DNA of 64,000 nt from a virus. Within the stretch, counting starts at the first letter, position 1; each line of letters begins with the position of its first letter. Positions 50,051 to 60,342 of the stretch are shown piece by piece. Below the pieces are notes generated by a model, which was given only the letters and a program-made list of their open reading frames with translations, was not told where the DNA came from and did no database searches. The DNA is taken from positions 1-64,000 of the IMG/VR virus record IMGVR_UViG_3300020185_004577; one strand, 5' to 3'. Made by a program: the position numbers and the translations under genes.

Positions 50051-53000
50051 TTACTTACTAACTCTTCTACTGAAATATCCTCCCACATCTGTAGATAGTG
50101 GTGGGTCTTCTCCTGCTTCTCCGCCATAAGCTCCAATTATATTAAAGGTTAACGTAACTTTGCACCACATCGGCTGAACTTTTCCACCGTCAAATGTCCA
50201 TGGAGAGCTTGCATAATCGTATGCAACACTACTAACTAATATATCATGGTCTAGCCAATCACCCAAAGTTAAATGACATACTGGCGGTCTTGAAAAAGAG
50301 AATCCAGACTGTTGTCTATCAGATAGTCTATTTCTTGCTGGTCTTGTCATTTTTGAAATAAATTCCATTCTCTTTAAGAAATCAACCTTACTACCAGAAA
50401 AATATGATGGCTGAAAAATGCTTCTCTTTTTCATTTCAGCAAGCTTGTCCATAGTGTTTTCCACAGAGCTTTCTACATAATTTTCTTCTTTTTTTGTAGT
50501 TGAAAAAGTATCAAAAAGTTTATATATATTTGTGCCTCCTGCACTTTCTCTAAACCTCTGATTTCTTTGTGCTGCTAAATTAGCAGATTCAGCAGCTGCA
50601 TCTGCCGCTTCATCCAATTCTGCAGCTTGCTCATTTAGTTCCCTATTTTGTTCTGCTTGAAACTTTCTTCTTTCAAAGTAAGAAGCAGACTCTGGTGTAA
50701 ATGGCTTCGTCCCAGGCTTTAATCTTGGTAATCTTTTTCTGTTATTTAAGGCAGCGTTGGCTTCAGCTCTTAACTCATCTGCTTCAGCACTGTCTTGAGT
50801 TCTTATTGATGAAAATTTATTGCCAAACGATTCAGTAATCTTACTAACTTGACCAGTTGTCTCATCGAATTTGTATCCAATATCTACCCTTTGTGCGAAA
50901 TCAGTTAAAACCCAAAAAGAAACACTTCCATCCCTAGAAGAAGAGCCATATGTATATATTGGTTCTGGTCTACCTAAAAAAGAAGTAGAGTTCCATGTTG
51001 CACTGTCTCCATGGTTAAACGACTCTATATATGCAGGAAATGACATTGCAGAACCTTCTATTGCGGGTATTGAATAATTAGTCAAAACAAACCTTAACGT
51101 TTCGGCACCCTCTGGTGCATATGGGTTTTTAATGCTATATCTATTATAAGATTTTTTGTAACTTCCATCTTTTTTTTTGCCTAAAACAAAAACGCTAGAA
51201 GAATTCTCAGTTCCTTGTACGTTGAAATTTTTAGCAAAAGAAATTTTATCTTCATCAGTATTTGCAATGGTATCTATAACATGCCTAACTCCCCTTCTTC
51301 TACTTCCTCCTTTGTCAAAATCTTGTTCTATTGCATCTGAAGTGTCTGTTTGAGACACCATATTTAAGCCTGTAATTTCACCTTCAGAATCATCTAAGTT
51401 AGATGGGTTCAATGGTTTTAGTATTTTTTCGGCAGAATCAGCTAAGTAAGTTCCACCATTTTCTGAAATAACTTCTGCAGGCGTAGTGTTAGTCCTTTGT
51501 TGCAATCTTTTATTTATCCCAGTCTTGCTCAACAACTCTTGAAAACCAGCTGAACCAAAGTTTCTCAACCCTTCTATTGCACTCTGTACTCCTTTGTCAT
51601 ATGTTTCACCAGGCTTACTTTGAAAAGTGTTTTGTTGTATATTGTGTAAAGAAATTAGATTAGTAACAAATCCCACACTAGATGGTGAAGAATAAAACCC
51701 TAAACCATCATCAACTCTAGATGTGTCATCAATGAGAGATGTTCCATAAGTTCCAATAATGTTTTCGCCTCCTTCTATCGTATTTAAACTATTAATAGAA
51801 TTTCTTTTAGTTAAATATTCTCTACCTCCTGGACTGAGTTGATTCGATGATGTTTCATCTAAAAAATCTATAGACTCTTCATCGTCAAAAACAGATTTAA
51901 TGTTTTCTTTATCACCATTTAAAAGATTTTGAGTAGCCCTAAATATGGCTCCTGAAATTTCCAATCTAGAAACTCCAACAAAGGTACTAGTACCCTCTAG
52001 TATTATATTTGCTCCTAAATTGAATCTACTAGGATTTTTTGCTAGTTGGTCATTTCTAAAAACTTTAGAAACTTGATTTATATCTTTAGTGTTAGAAACA
52101 TTTGAAGATGTCTGGTCTTCCCTTTCTGGTTTGGCGATTACTAATAAGTTAGTATCATTTTCTACATTGTTACTTGTGTTATTTGCCCGAAACCCTATAG
52201 AGTTGTCGCCCAAATCTTCAGGCTGAGTTATGTTACTGTATAAGTTGTTTAATCTATCTCCAGAAGAATCTTCCTCCAAATTACTATCGTTAGGTAAGTT
52301 GGCAGCTAAACTAGTTGACAAATACTGAAAACTGTCGCCAATTAATTCAGAATTTGAGGGAACATTTGGCACTAAATTATTATCTCTAAACGCTTCTGAA
52401 TCTTCCTCCAAACTTGAGTCTATTGGAGAATTAGAAGAAATGTCATCATTTCTGAATGGAATAGAATCTTCAAATAGATTAGTATCATTTTTTTTATTTG
52501 ACGAAAGGTCTTGTTGTCTAAACTCTTCAGATTCACTTTCTAAGTCAGTTTTTCTCAAATTATTATTTGACAAATCATCTTCTCTATAAGGAAAACTATC
52601 CGACTCCAAGTCACTTTTTGTAGGCGTATTGTACGAAAGGTCGTCACTTCTGTAAACGCTAGAATCAAAATCTAAATTTGAAGAAATTTTCTTATTTGCA
52701 GAAAGGTCTTGCTCTCTAAATTCTTGAGAATCATTTTTAAGATTATTACTATTTGAAACATTACTTTGCAAATCTTCTTGCCTAAACGGTTTTGAAGTAT
52801 CTTCTAAACTTGAAGTTTTTGATTCGTTTCTGGATGTGGTGTCACTTCTAAAATTCTCTGAAACTTTTTCTAAATCGGTGTTTACAATTTTGTTTTTTGA
52901 AGTTACAGAATCTCTATATTGTGAAGATTCCACATCTAAATTCGTTTTATTTTCAGAATTTTTACTTAAAACATTAGCTCTTAACTCCTCTGAATCACTC

Positions 53001-54022
53001 AATAAATTACTATTTTTTGTAGTATTTTTAGTTAAAGTATCTTCTCTGTATTTTTCATTTTCAGATTCTGCATCATAATTTTTATCAGTGTTTTTTGACT
53101 GATTTATACTTTTATAATTAGAAGAGTCAGATTCTAAATTTGTATTTTTTTCTCTATTGTTTTTTAATAAATTAGACCTATATAAAGAACTTTCGTTTTC
53201 TATACTGTTATTTGTTTTTAAGTTTTTGGAATTATTATTAGCTCTAATGTCTTCTGAAATAGATTCAATGCTTGCATTTTCTGATTTATTTTTTAAAATC
53301 AAATTGCTTCTACTTGATTCTGAATCGTTTAATAAATCATTAATACTACTTAAATTTTTTGATTCATTAACTTCTCTGGGGGTTCGTGAATCTATTTCTA
53401 AATTTGTTATTTTTTCTTTGTTATATTTAAGATTTATATCCCTATCTACTTTACTTTGATTGTCTGAAGAAGCGATTTTATTATATGGGTCATTGTCTCT
53501 TACTAAATTTTTAGACAACAAATTATCTCTATAATCAGAAGAGAAAGAATCAATATTTAATTTTGATTCTGAATTTTTTCTAAAATTTTCATTTCTAGCT
53601 ACTTTAGATATGGAGTCTACATTTTTAGATATATCATTATTTTTAAGTATTGCGCTTTTCCTAGACTCTTCTGCAAAATCTTCTAAACTCTTAGAAGATT
53701 CAACAAGCTTATTTTTAGACTCTAACCTTTTTCTTTGTAAGTCTCCACTTTCCTCTAAACTTTTTTGTTTAGAAACAAGATTTTTAGTTAAAGCTTCTCT
53801 TATTATTTGTGAATCTATTTCTAAATCGCTACTTGAAATAACATTTTTAGAGAGATTATCTTCTCTCATTTGTGGATATATCACATCATAAATGTCTTTA
53901 GGCTTCTCTAAATTTTTAGACAACAACTTACCCCTAACTTCATTAGAATAGTCTGAAAAAAAGGCATCTAACCCAGTTCTTCTTTCAAATTCTTCAAATG
54001 TTTCATCATAAGGTACAGACAT
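50051..54022 (-). CDS. Baseplate/tail tube-initiator-like protein with long N-terminal 22-aa repeat array
   Basis: C-terminal FPAYIESF..W....LGRPEPIYTY...R and PPVCHLTLGD motifs; lies between tape measure and baseplate genes. Confidence 0.7.
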   Translation of the reverse strand: MSVPYDETFEEFERRTGLDAFFSDYSNEVRGKLLSKNLEKPKDIYDVIYPQMREDNLSKNVISSSDLEIDSQIIREALTKNLVSKQKSLEESGDLQRKRLESKNKLVESSKSLEDFAEESRKSAILKNNDISKNVDSISKVARNENFRKNSESKLNIDSFSSDYRDNLLSKNLVRDNDPYNKIASSDNQSKVDRDINLKYNKEKITNLEIDSRTPREVNESKNLSSINDLLNDSESSRSNLILKNKSENASIESISEDIRANNNSKNLKTNNSIENESSLYRSNLLKNNREKNTNLESDSSNYKSINQSKNTDKNYDAESENEKYREDTLTKNTTKNSNLLSDSEELRANVLSKNSENKTNLDVESSQYRDSVTSKNKIVNTDLEKVSENFRSDTTSRNESKTSSLEDTSKPFRQEDLQSNVSNSNNLKNDSQEFREQDLSANKKISSNLDFDSSVYRSDDLSYNTPTKSDLESDSFPYREDDLSNNNLRKTDLESESEEFRQQDLSSNKKNDTNLFEDSIPFRNDDISSNSPIDSSLEEDSEAFRDNNLVPNVPSNSELIGDSFQYLSTSLAANLPNDSNLEEDSSGDRLNNLYSNITQPEDLGDNSIGFRANNTSNNVENDTNLLVIAKPEREDQTSSNVSNTKDINQVSKVFRNDQLAKNPSRFNLGANIILEGTSTFVGVSRLEISGAIFRATQNLLNGDKENIKSVFDDEESIDFLDETSSNQLSPGGREYLTKRNSINSLNTIEGGENIIGTYGTSLIDDTSRVDDGLGFYSSPSSVGFVTNLISLHNIQQNTFQSKPGETYDKGVQSAIEGLRNFGSAGFQELLSKTGINKRLQQRTNTTPAEVISENGGTYLADSAEKILKPLNPSNLDDSEGEITGLNMVSQTDTSDAIEQDFDKGGSRRRGVRHVIDTIANTDEDKISFAKNFNVQGTENSSSVFVLGKKKDGSYKKSYNRYSIKNPYAPEGAETLRFVLTNYSIPAIEGSAMSFPAYIESFNHGDSATWNSTSFLGRPEPIYTYGSSSRDGSVSFWVLTDFAQRVDIGYKFDETTGQVSKITESFGNKFSSIRTQDSAEADELRAEANAALNNRKRLPRLKPGTKPFTPESASYFERRKFQAEQNRELNEQAAELDEAADAAAESANLAAQRNQRFRESAGGTNIYKLFDTFSTTKKEENYVESSVENTMDKLAEMKKRSIFQPSYFSGSKVDFLKRMEFISKMTRPARNRLSDRQQSGFSFSRPPVCHLTLGDWLDHDILVSSVAYDYASSPWTFDGGKVQPMWCKVTLTFNIIGAYGGEAGEDPPLSTDVGGYFSRRVSK
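52031..53962 (-). repeat. About 29 degenerate 22-aa (66-nt) repeats
   Basis: Consensus [NDS]LxxxSxx[FY]RxxxLS[KN]N read from the translation. Confidence 0.9.
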
Positions 54023-54075
54023 AGTTGTGTTCTTTGTATATAAATATTTTTAAATAAAAATAATGCGATTAATTA

Positions 54076-57000
54076 TTAAGTACTATGCTTAGTGTCTTTT
54101 AGAATTATTTCCTGTAAATCTTTACCATCTATTTGTAACTTTACAACATGTGTCACTTTTGATGATTCTGCTTTATTTACTTCTGCAACAAACTTACCCA
54201 TTTCAGCACCACCTTCGGCCATAATCTCTGCTAACTTTTCTAATTTAGAAACATTCATACCTTTTACGGCAGACTCTAATTGCAATACTCCTGCAGCCAT
54301 TCTTTCAATTCCATCAGCCCCCATTGCTAAATTAGGGCCAAGACTAACCATAACACTTCTAAGCTCCCATAAAGCTTCTAACATCAATGCTATACCAAAT
54401 AAAACAAATGGATTAAAGAACATTAAACCTGCAAAAGCAAAACCTATTAAAGCAGGACCTAAAGTATTCAATCCACTGGCTAGGGTTACCAATCCTTTCC
54501 AATCAGTTTCAGCCAAAGATATCAACATAGGCGCTGCCATCGCTAACATTGGTGCTGCCGCAGCCAGCATTGCAGACCCTATAAGAAGGCCTATACCTGC
54601 AGCTATAGTTCCAAAACCAAAAGAAGAAAGGGCTGCTGCGAAAGGATATAAACCACTCCAATCGGCTTCTTTAATCATTTCTAAAGGCCCTATTGCTTTC
54701 AATAAATAATCTCCTGCCATACCCATCAAAACAGCGCCAACCAATAGTGCAACTCCTGCTATAGCTAATGCTGCAGCCCCGTAAAGTAAAAGAGGCATCC
54801 CAAACACCATAGCCCAACCTAAGGCTGTTAATGCGAGTATAACTAACATTGCAACACCAACGCCAGCAAGAACATTTACCCAATCTACTTCACTCATCAT
54901 TAGTGCAGCATATGCAAAAGGTATTAATGCCACACCCATAATTGCCATCGCGGCTGCTCCCAAAAGAACATCTTTCATGCTCATTTTACCCATTATCTTA
55001 GTTGCCAACCATAAACCGCCAGCCATAATAATCATAGAAGCTGCTGCTGCAGCAAGCTGAGCACCATCAGGACTTCCTGTTGCAGCTATTCCTAACATAA
55101 ATACAGCAACTGCAGCACCAATCACTGTCAATGCAAAACCAAGCATTAAAATATCTTTCATTTTTACTCTACTAAAAGATTTTATACCCATAGCCAATTT
55201 GGCTATCCAACCTTGACCAGCCCCTCCTCCTGGTGAAGGTGGTGGCTTGGGGCCCTGAACAGCACCAGCAGCACCAGCAGCACCACCACCGCCCTTGAAA
55301 ACACTTTTAATTCCTTTTAAAAATCCGCCACCTTTACTTCCTATGGCAAAACCTCTACCTTGAGCAATTCCATTAAGATAAGCTTTAGCTGGTCCGAACA
55401 GAACTGCCATAGTTGCCATAAGAATACCAAAAACACCCTTCAAGAAAGGGCCTGCAGTATTAATTGCTTGAATCATACCTGTTAACCATTCTATAACAGG
55501 TTGGAAAAATGGCACTAAAGTGTTGATAACAGAATTCTTTAAAGCATCAACAGCATCCATAAGACCTTGATTTTGTTTAGCTTGGTCTTCTAATGTCTTT
55601 TTCTTTTTTTCTTCGGCAGCAATTGCTTCTTGAATTGAAGTTGCTGATATTTGTGAAAAATCATCAATACCTTCCATTTCACCCGTAAATTCAAGCTTGC
55701 CCCCTTCTCCAACTTTAGTCATTTGCATTAAATACGCCTTTTGCTTATCATCTAAACCATCCAAGCTCGCACCAAGACCTCCAAGTAGGTCCATTTTATT
55801 CATATCTTCTGCATTTTGACCAATCATATTAGTCAAACTTTCCATAGATTGACCAGTTGCATCTGAAACCATTTGTAGTCTGTCAGTATCTACTGCATCA
55901 AACTCTAATTTCCCAGTTTCAGAGTTAAACGTACCTATGTCTTTACCCATTTCACCCAACAACTTCTGAAGTTCCTCTGGACCTTTACGTGCAGCAGAAA
56001 GCAATTGCATTGGGTCTATAGCAGCAAAAGAGCCTCCTGCAAGTTGTAGTTCAGCAGCCATCTCCATAGCTCCTTCAATATTTCTTGCTCTTTTACCAGT
56101 TTCAAAAATTTCATCAACATTCATACCTAAACGCTTAGACTCTAAAACCATTTTTCTTAAAGAAGCCTCTCCTCCTGTGAAACCCATTGTACGCATTTTA
56201 GACATGTTTTTTGACATCTCTTGCATTACTTCATTTCCACTAACACCATAAACTCTAGCATCATTCATAGTTGCAGCCGCATCTTCCTCAAGTTGTTTGA
56301 TGCCTCCACCAAATTTTACATATTCCTTTTGTAATTTAGACATTTCTGCCGTGTTTAAACCAGTTGACTTACCCAGGGCAGCCATACTCTCAGCAGCTTC
56401 TGCCAAAACTTCAAAATTTGTTGTACGAAGGTCTACACTCAATTGACCCATAGCTTCGGTAGTTTCTCCAACGCTCATTCCAAATCTGGCTGTTTCAGAA
56501 GTTAGTGCAGCCATGCCAGCAGTATTTTCACTAAAATTTATACTAGTTTTCTGTTGGGCATCTTTTATTGTTTTATCGTAATCTAAAGCCGATTTTATTA
56601 AAGAATCTAACTTAAATGATTTAGTCAAATTCTTGCCCATAGCACTCAAACCTTTGCTGATGTCAAATGTTGTTTCTTGAACATTTTTCATTTGGTCATT
56701 AGTTATATCTAGTTGAGTATTTAAATCTTGACTCTCAGCCAAAGCATCTTGAAAAGGCTTTACTAAATTTTCTGGCAAATCTCCTTCATTAACTATTTTG
56801 TCAACCAAGTCATCTGCGCCATCCTTCATTTGGTCTAATACGCCACTAAAAGTAGCGCCATCACCTCCAGCTTTTTCAAAAGCTTCTGCAAGTTTATCAG
56901 CCTCCTCAGTGGTTAAACCTAACTTATCAGCCAACTCTACAGAATTATCTAAAGATATCCCTAGGTTTTCTGCTATATCATCAAAGGTTTTGTCTAAAGC

Positions 57001-57252
57001 AGCTGAAGCAGTTTCGGCATCAGCCTCAATAGATTGGGCCGTGGCTTCTAAATCTTTTAATTTCGCATTATATTCATCGGTAGTTAGGTTTCTAAAAAAC
57101 TCATTTCCTCCAATACCAAGAAAAGTGCTAGACATAGAATTAACGAAATCCTGCTGTTGCTCCATAGACTTAGCAGCTCTATCCATAGCAGCATTGTAAG
57201 CCTGAGCTCTCTTCAGAGCATCACCACTAATTCCTTTTTCGTTTGCTGCCAT
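54076..57252 (-). CDS. Tail tape measure protein
   Basis: 1058 aa, Ala/Gly/Met-rich helical protein with a long hydrophobic region, ends VKLQIDGKDL; directly upstream of baseplate genes. Confidence 0.88.
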   Translation of the reverse strand: MAANEKGISGDALKRAQAYNAAMDRAAKSMEQQQDFVNSMSSTFLGIGGNEFFRNLTTDEYNAKLKDLEATAQSIEADAETASAALDKTFDDIAENLGISLDNSVELADKLGLTTEEADKLAEAFEKAGGDGATFSGVLDQMKDGADDLVDKIVNEGDLPENLVKPFQDALAESQDLNTQLDITNDQMKNVQETTFDISKGLSAMGKNLTKSFKLDSLIKSALDYDKTIKDAQQKTSINFSENTAGMAALTSETARFGMSVGETTEAMGQLSVDLRTTNFEVLAEAAESMAALGKSTGLNTAEMSKLQKEYVKFGGGIKQLEEDAAATMNDARVYGVSGNEVMQEMSKNMSKMRTMGFTGGEASLRKMVLESKRLGMNVDEIFETGKRARNIEGAMEMAAELQLAGGSFAAIDPMQLLSAARKGPEELQKLLGEMGKDIGTFNSETGKLEFDAVDTDRLQMVSDATGQSMESLTNMIGQNAEDMNKMDLLGGLGASLDGLDDKQKAYLMQMTKVGEGGKLEFTGEMEGIDDFSQISATSIQEAIAAEEKKKKTLEDQAKQNQGLMDAVDALKNSVINTLVPFFQPVIEWLTGMIQAINTAGPFLKGVFGILMATMAVLFGPAKAYLNGIAQGRGFAIGSKGGGFLKGIKSVFKGGGGAAGAAGAVQGPKPPPSPGGGAGQGWIAKLAMGIKSFSRVKMKDILMLGFALTVIGAAVAVFMLGIAATGSPDGAQLAAAAASMIIMAGGLWLATKIMGKMSMKDVLLGAAAMAIMGVALIPFAYAALMMSEVDWVNVLAGVGVAMLVILALTALGWAMVFGMPLLLYGAAALAIAGVALLVGAVLMGMAGDYLLKAIGPLEMIKEADWSGLYPFAAALSSFGFGTIAAGIGLLIGSAMLAAAAPMLAMAAPMLISLAETDWKGLVTLASGLNTLGPALIGFAFAGLMFFNPFVLFGIALMLEALWELRSVMVSLGPNLAMGADGIERMAAGVLQLESAVKGMNVSKLEKLAEIMAEGGAEMGKFVAEVNKAESSKVTHVVKLQIDGKDLQEIILKDTKHST

Positions 57253-57319
57253 TTATTAAACTTATATTACTAATAAATATAGTTCAATAAAAATAATTAA
57301 TTGAAAAATAAAGTAAACA

Positions 57320-57345
57320 AAAAAGGGTAGCGATTGCTACCCTTT
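57320..57345 (-). terminator. Intrinsic terminator
   Basis: aaagggtagc-gatt-gctacccttt. Confidence 0.85.
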
Positions 57346-57371
57346 ATATTATATAAATTAAATATATATCC

Positions 57372-57938
57372 CTACTTCTTTTTGCCTCCGTAAAAATCTC
57401 TAAGATAACTTTCTCTTTGATTATTAGTCATAGATTGCATTTGTGAATTCATCCAAGATTGTGTTGAACCTATAGCGTCATCTAAGTGATTTGTATTTGT
57501 TTTGTAATAATCCCTAGAACCACCTCTTACAATACCTCCAGCACCAGGAATAACATTTAAAGGTCTTCCAATTGGATTTTGATTCCACCCACCAATTATC
57601 CAAATACCCCTAATGCACTGAATGATTAAATATATACAAAATACCCCACTCATTAACGCTTTGATACTATCTCCAAAGTTGAAAAAGTCTACCAAAGAAT
57701 TGAACATACTTTGATTAAACAAAAGAAATATATGTAAACCAAGAAACATAAGACCCATAACAACTACAGAAAGTGGGTTTCTCCAATTTTTATTTGGACC
57801 TGTAAAAAATAACTGAAAAATGAAAGCAATAAATGTTGCTATAAAATTAGATTTATCATTATTTTTAACATCATTAACTACTACGTCATCACCTGGGTGT
57901 TTTCCGTATCTTTTATCATATTCTTTAAACTTGCTCAT
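57372..57938 (-). CDS. Three-TM membrane protein in its own transcription unit
   Basis: Three hydrophobic segments; ECF-like motif upstream, terminator downstream. Confidence 0.75.
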   Translation of the reverse strand: MSKFKEYDKRYGKHPGDDVVVNDVKNNDKSNFIATFIAFIFQLFFTGPNKNWRNPLSVVVMGLMFLGLHIFLLFNQSMFNSLVDFFNFGDSIKALMSGVFCIYLIIQCIRGIWIIGGWNQNPIGRPLNVIPGAGGIVRGGSRDYYKTNTNHLDDAIGSTQSWMNSQMQSMTNNQRESYLRDFYGGKKK

Positions 57939-57994
57939 AATTATAATTTTTATCTTTATTATATAAACGAATTAATATGAAAAATATTACAATA

Positions 57995-59527
57995 TTAAAT
58001 AATTTTTTTTAAGATTTTAGATATTGATAATGCAGAATCATCCTCTTTAAGATTTGCACTCACAATACTTTTGGGGGATATTTTTGGTTTAACAATTGTA
58101 TTTTTAGAGGATTTTTTAGAAGTTTTCTTAACCTTTGGTTTTGAATTTATTTCTTTTTTTATGCTATCCATATAGCGTTGAGATATAGGGTCAGAAACGA
58201 TATTGTTAATGACTTGTTGTCTAAAATTAGAAAAATAAGACATTACCCTGTCTCTCTCTGCATCTTTATCCTTAAATGATTCACCCTTTTGCTTAGGGTA
58301 TATAAAAGCCAATGCTGGATAATTGCCGTAACCATCTATCCTTCCTTCATTTGCTAATCTTTTGAAAAAATTTATATACTTAAAAAACCTTTCAGAATCT
58401 ATATCTTCTATAAATTTTGACACTTTTTCTGACAACTCTTTATCGTCATTTAAGTCTATTTTATATCCATTAGATGTAGTTCCGAAGCCTTTTCTTTTTG
58501 TTTTTAAAAGAAATCTACTAAGAACTTCTTCTTTTTTGGAACTAGACTCCTTACCTTTTTCCACTTCTTTTTCTTCGTAATCAGATGTTTTTACCTCTAT
58601 TGATTGGACACCTTTATCTATGTTTATTATTCCCGGTATATCAAAATTGCTTCCAACAGTTATATAAGACTTTTCAAAGTCTCCAGCACTTCTATTGTAA
58701 AGTTCCCAAGAAACATCTATATCATTTATTTTCATATCCAAAGAATCATAATCAACTCCTTTATCTATTTTAAGCAAATGTTCTATATCATTGTTGTCTA
58801 CTATCTTTATTTGCAAACCTTTCTTAACTTGTATAATAGATAACTTTTTGTGTTTAGTATTTTCTTTCGCCATTCTAAGACCCATAACAAATCCAGAACC
58901 AATAGATGAACCTCCCGACTTAAAGTCCCAAGGCTCTATTTTATAGCCATCTGCACTTCCCAAATAATAACCATCTATCATCTGTCCGCCCGTAATGGCA
59001 CCACCTTTAAAAACGCCCATAAAAGCGCCACTCAACCACTCTCCTCTAAACGTAATTAATTGCCCTTTTATTGAACCTCTAGCCTTTCTTTTAGTTTTAG
59101 TCAAACCTAAAGTCTCAGCTTTCCAAGAGCCTTTAAGTATCCAACTTAAAGATGGAAACAGCTTTTCAACTTTTGCCTGATTTGATGTGTGAACCAAAGT
59201 TCCCTTTGCATTTGTTTCTTTCTCGTCAACCTCAAAAGCCAAATAAGGAATTAATTCTTTGTCAATTTTTTTTGCATAATTTTCTCCAACCTTATAAAGA
59301 CCCGGCTTTCCCATGACTGCCTTTTTCTCACTATCCGAACCAGTTGAGGCTACATATTTTAAGTAATTTTGATTTGGAGTCTTAGGATTAGAACCCTTTG
59401 CATCAGCGTCTGTGTAACGATTTCCACCTAATCCACTAGCAAAAGATTTTAGTTTGTGACCAATATTACCCAAAATCTCATCTAAACGCTTTTCTATATC
59501 CTCTACATTTTCTTCGTAATTTTCCAT
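57995..59527 (-). CDS. Hypothetical late protein with short Gly/aromatic repeat segment
   Basis: 510 aa; FRGEWLSGAFMGVFKGG; cotranscribed with 59535-60029. Confidence 0.7.
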   Translation of the reverse strand: MENYEENVEDIEKRLDEILGNIGHKLKSFASGLGGNRYTDADAKGSNPKTPNQNYLKYVASTGSDSEKKAVMGKPGLYKVGENYAKKIDKELIPYLAFEVDEKETNAKGTLVHTSNQAKVEKLFPSLSWILKGSWKAETLGLTKTKRKARGSIKGQLITFRGEWLSGAFMGVFKGGAITGGQMIDGYYLGSADGYKIEPWDFKSGGSSIGSGFVMGLRMAKENTKHKKLSIIQVKKGLQIKIVDNNDIEHLLKIDKGVDYDSLDMKINDIDVSWELYNRSAGDFEKSYITVGSNFDIPGIINIDKGVQSIEVKTSDYEEKEVEKGKESSSKKEEVLSRFLLKTKRKGFGTTSNGYKIDLNDDKELSEKVSKFIEDIDSERFFKYINFFKRLANEGRIDGYGNYPALAFIYPKQKGESFKDKDAERDRVMSYFSNFRQQVINNIVSDPISQRYMDSIKKEINSKPKVKKTSKKSSKNTIVKPKISPKSIVSANLKEDDSALSISKILKKII

Positions 59528-59534
59528 TGTATTA

Positions 59535-60029
59535 CTATTTAGTTTGCAACCAATTAACTACATAATTATTTGATGCTGCAATAGGATTTTTTTGAGACAA
59601 TATTTTTTTGGCATCTAAAGACAAACTTCTCAAGTCTCTAATAGTACTTGAGCTTATAGCTCCATCCCGACCAGATATGTCATTAAAACCTCTTTTCATT
59701 AATGATTTGTATTTTTTAAATAAATCTTTTATTTTTTCAGAAAAAGATTCTTTATCAATGCCGAAATATGAAGATAATAAAATAGACTCAATTTTTTTAA
59801 AAGCATCTTCCATCATATTTTCACTTTCTTTATTCAAAACATTACTCTTATCAAAAACAGGATGTTCATACCAACTTTTAACATCTCCCAAATCATTGCT
59901 AGATGACATTTTGTGTCCATTTTTGTTATTTTTTTTCAAATGTTTGAAATTTCCAAACATACCTCCAGGAGGAGCTTCATTCAAAAACGATTCTCTAACC
60001 AACTTTCTTATATAATATTTACTATCCAT
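59535..60029 (-). CDS. Putative internal head protein
   Basis: YIRKLVRESFLNEAP N-terminus; TATTTATA upstream. Confidence 0.55.
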   Translation of the reverse strand: MDSKYYIRKLVRESFLNEAPPGGMFGNFKHLKKNNKNGHKMSSSNDLGDVKSWYEHPVFDKSNVLNKESENMMEDAFKKIESILLSSYFGIDKESFSEKIKDLFKKYKSLMKRGFNDISGRDGAISSSTIRDLRSLSLDAKKILSQKNPIAASNNYVVNWLQTK

Positions 60030-60070
60030 AATGATATGTGTGTATAGATATAAATAGTAAAATTTTTATA

Positions 60071-60101
60071 AAAAAAAGGCTCAAAATTTAAGTTGAGCCT
60101 T
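60071..60101 (-). terminator. Intrinsic terminator
   Basis: aaggctcaa...ttgagcctt with a U-tract on the minus strand. Confidence 0.8.
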
Positions 60102-60125
60102 GTGTAATATTATTTTTTGTTTTGT

Positions 60126-60338
60126 CTATCTAAAGTTTTTGACTTCTATGACACTATAAATCCAGCCACTATCAGTATTTGAGTTTAATATTTCGCACAT
60201 CCTATTAACCTCTTTAATATCATTAGATTCGTAAACCTCAGAATTTCCATCTAACATTAAAACATGAACAGGTCTTCCGTAAAGATATTTCATAGTTTTC
60301 TTTATTTGATAAGAGCTTTTTTTTGCTTTAATCAACAT
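60126..60338 (-). CDS. Small hypothetical protein
   Basis: 70-aa ORF in an operon. Confidence 0.65.
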   Translation of the reverse strand: MLIKAKKSSYQIKKTMKYLYGRPVHVLMLDGNSEVYESNDIKEVNRMCEILNSNTDSGWIYSVIEVKNFR

Positions 60339-60342
60339 AAGG

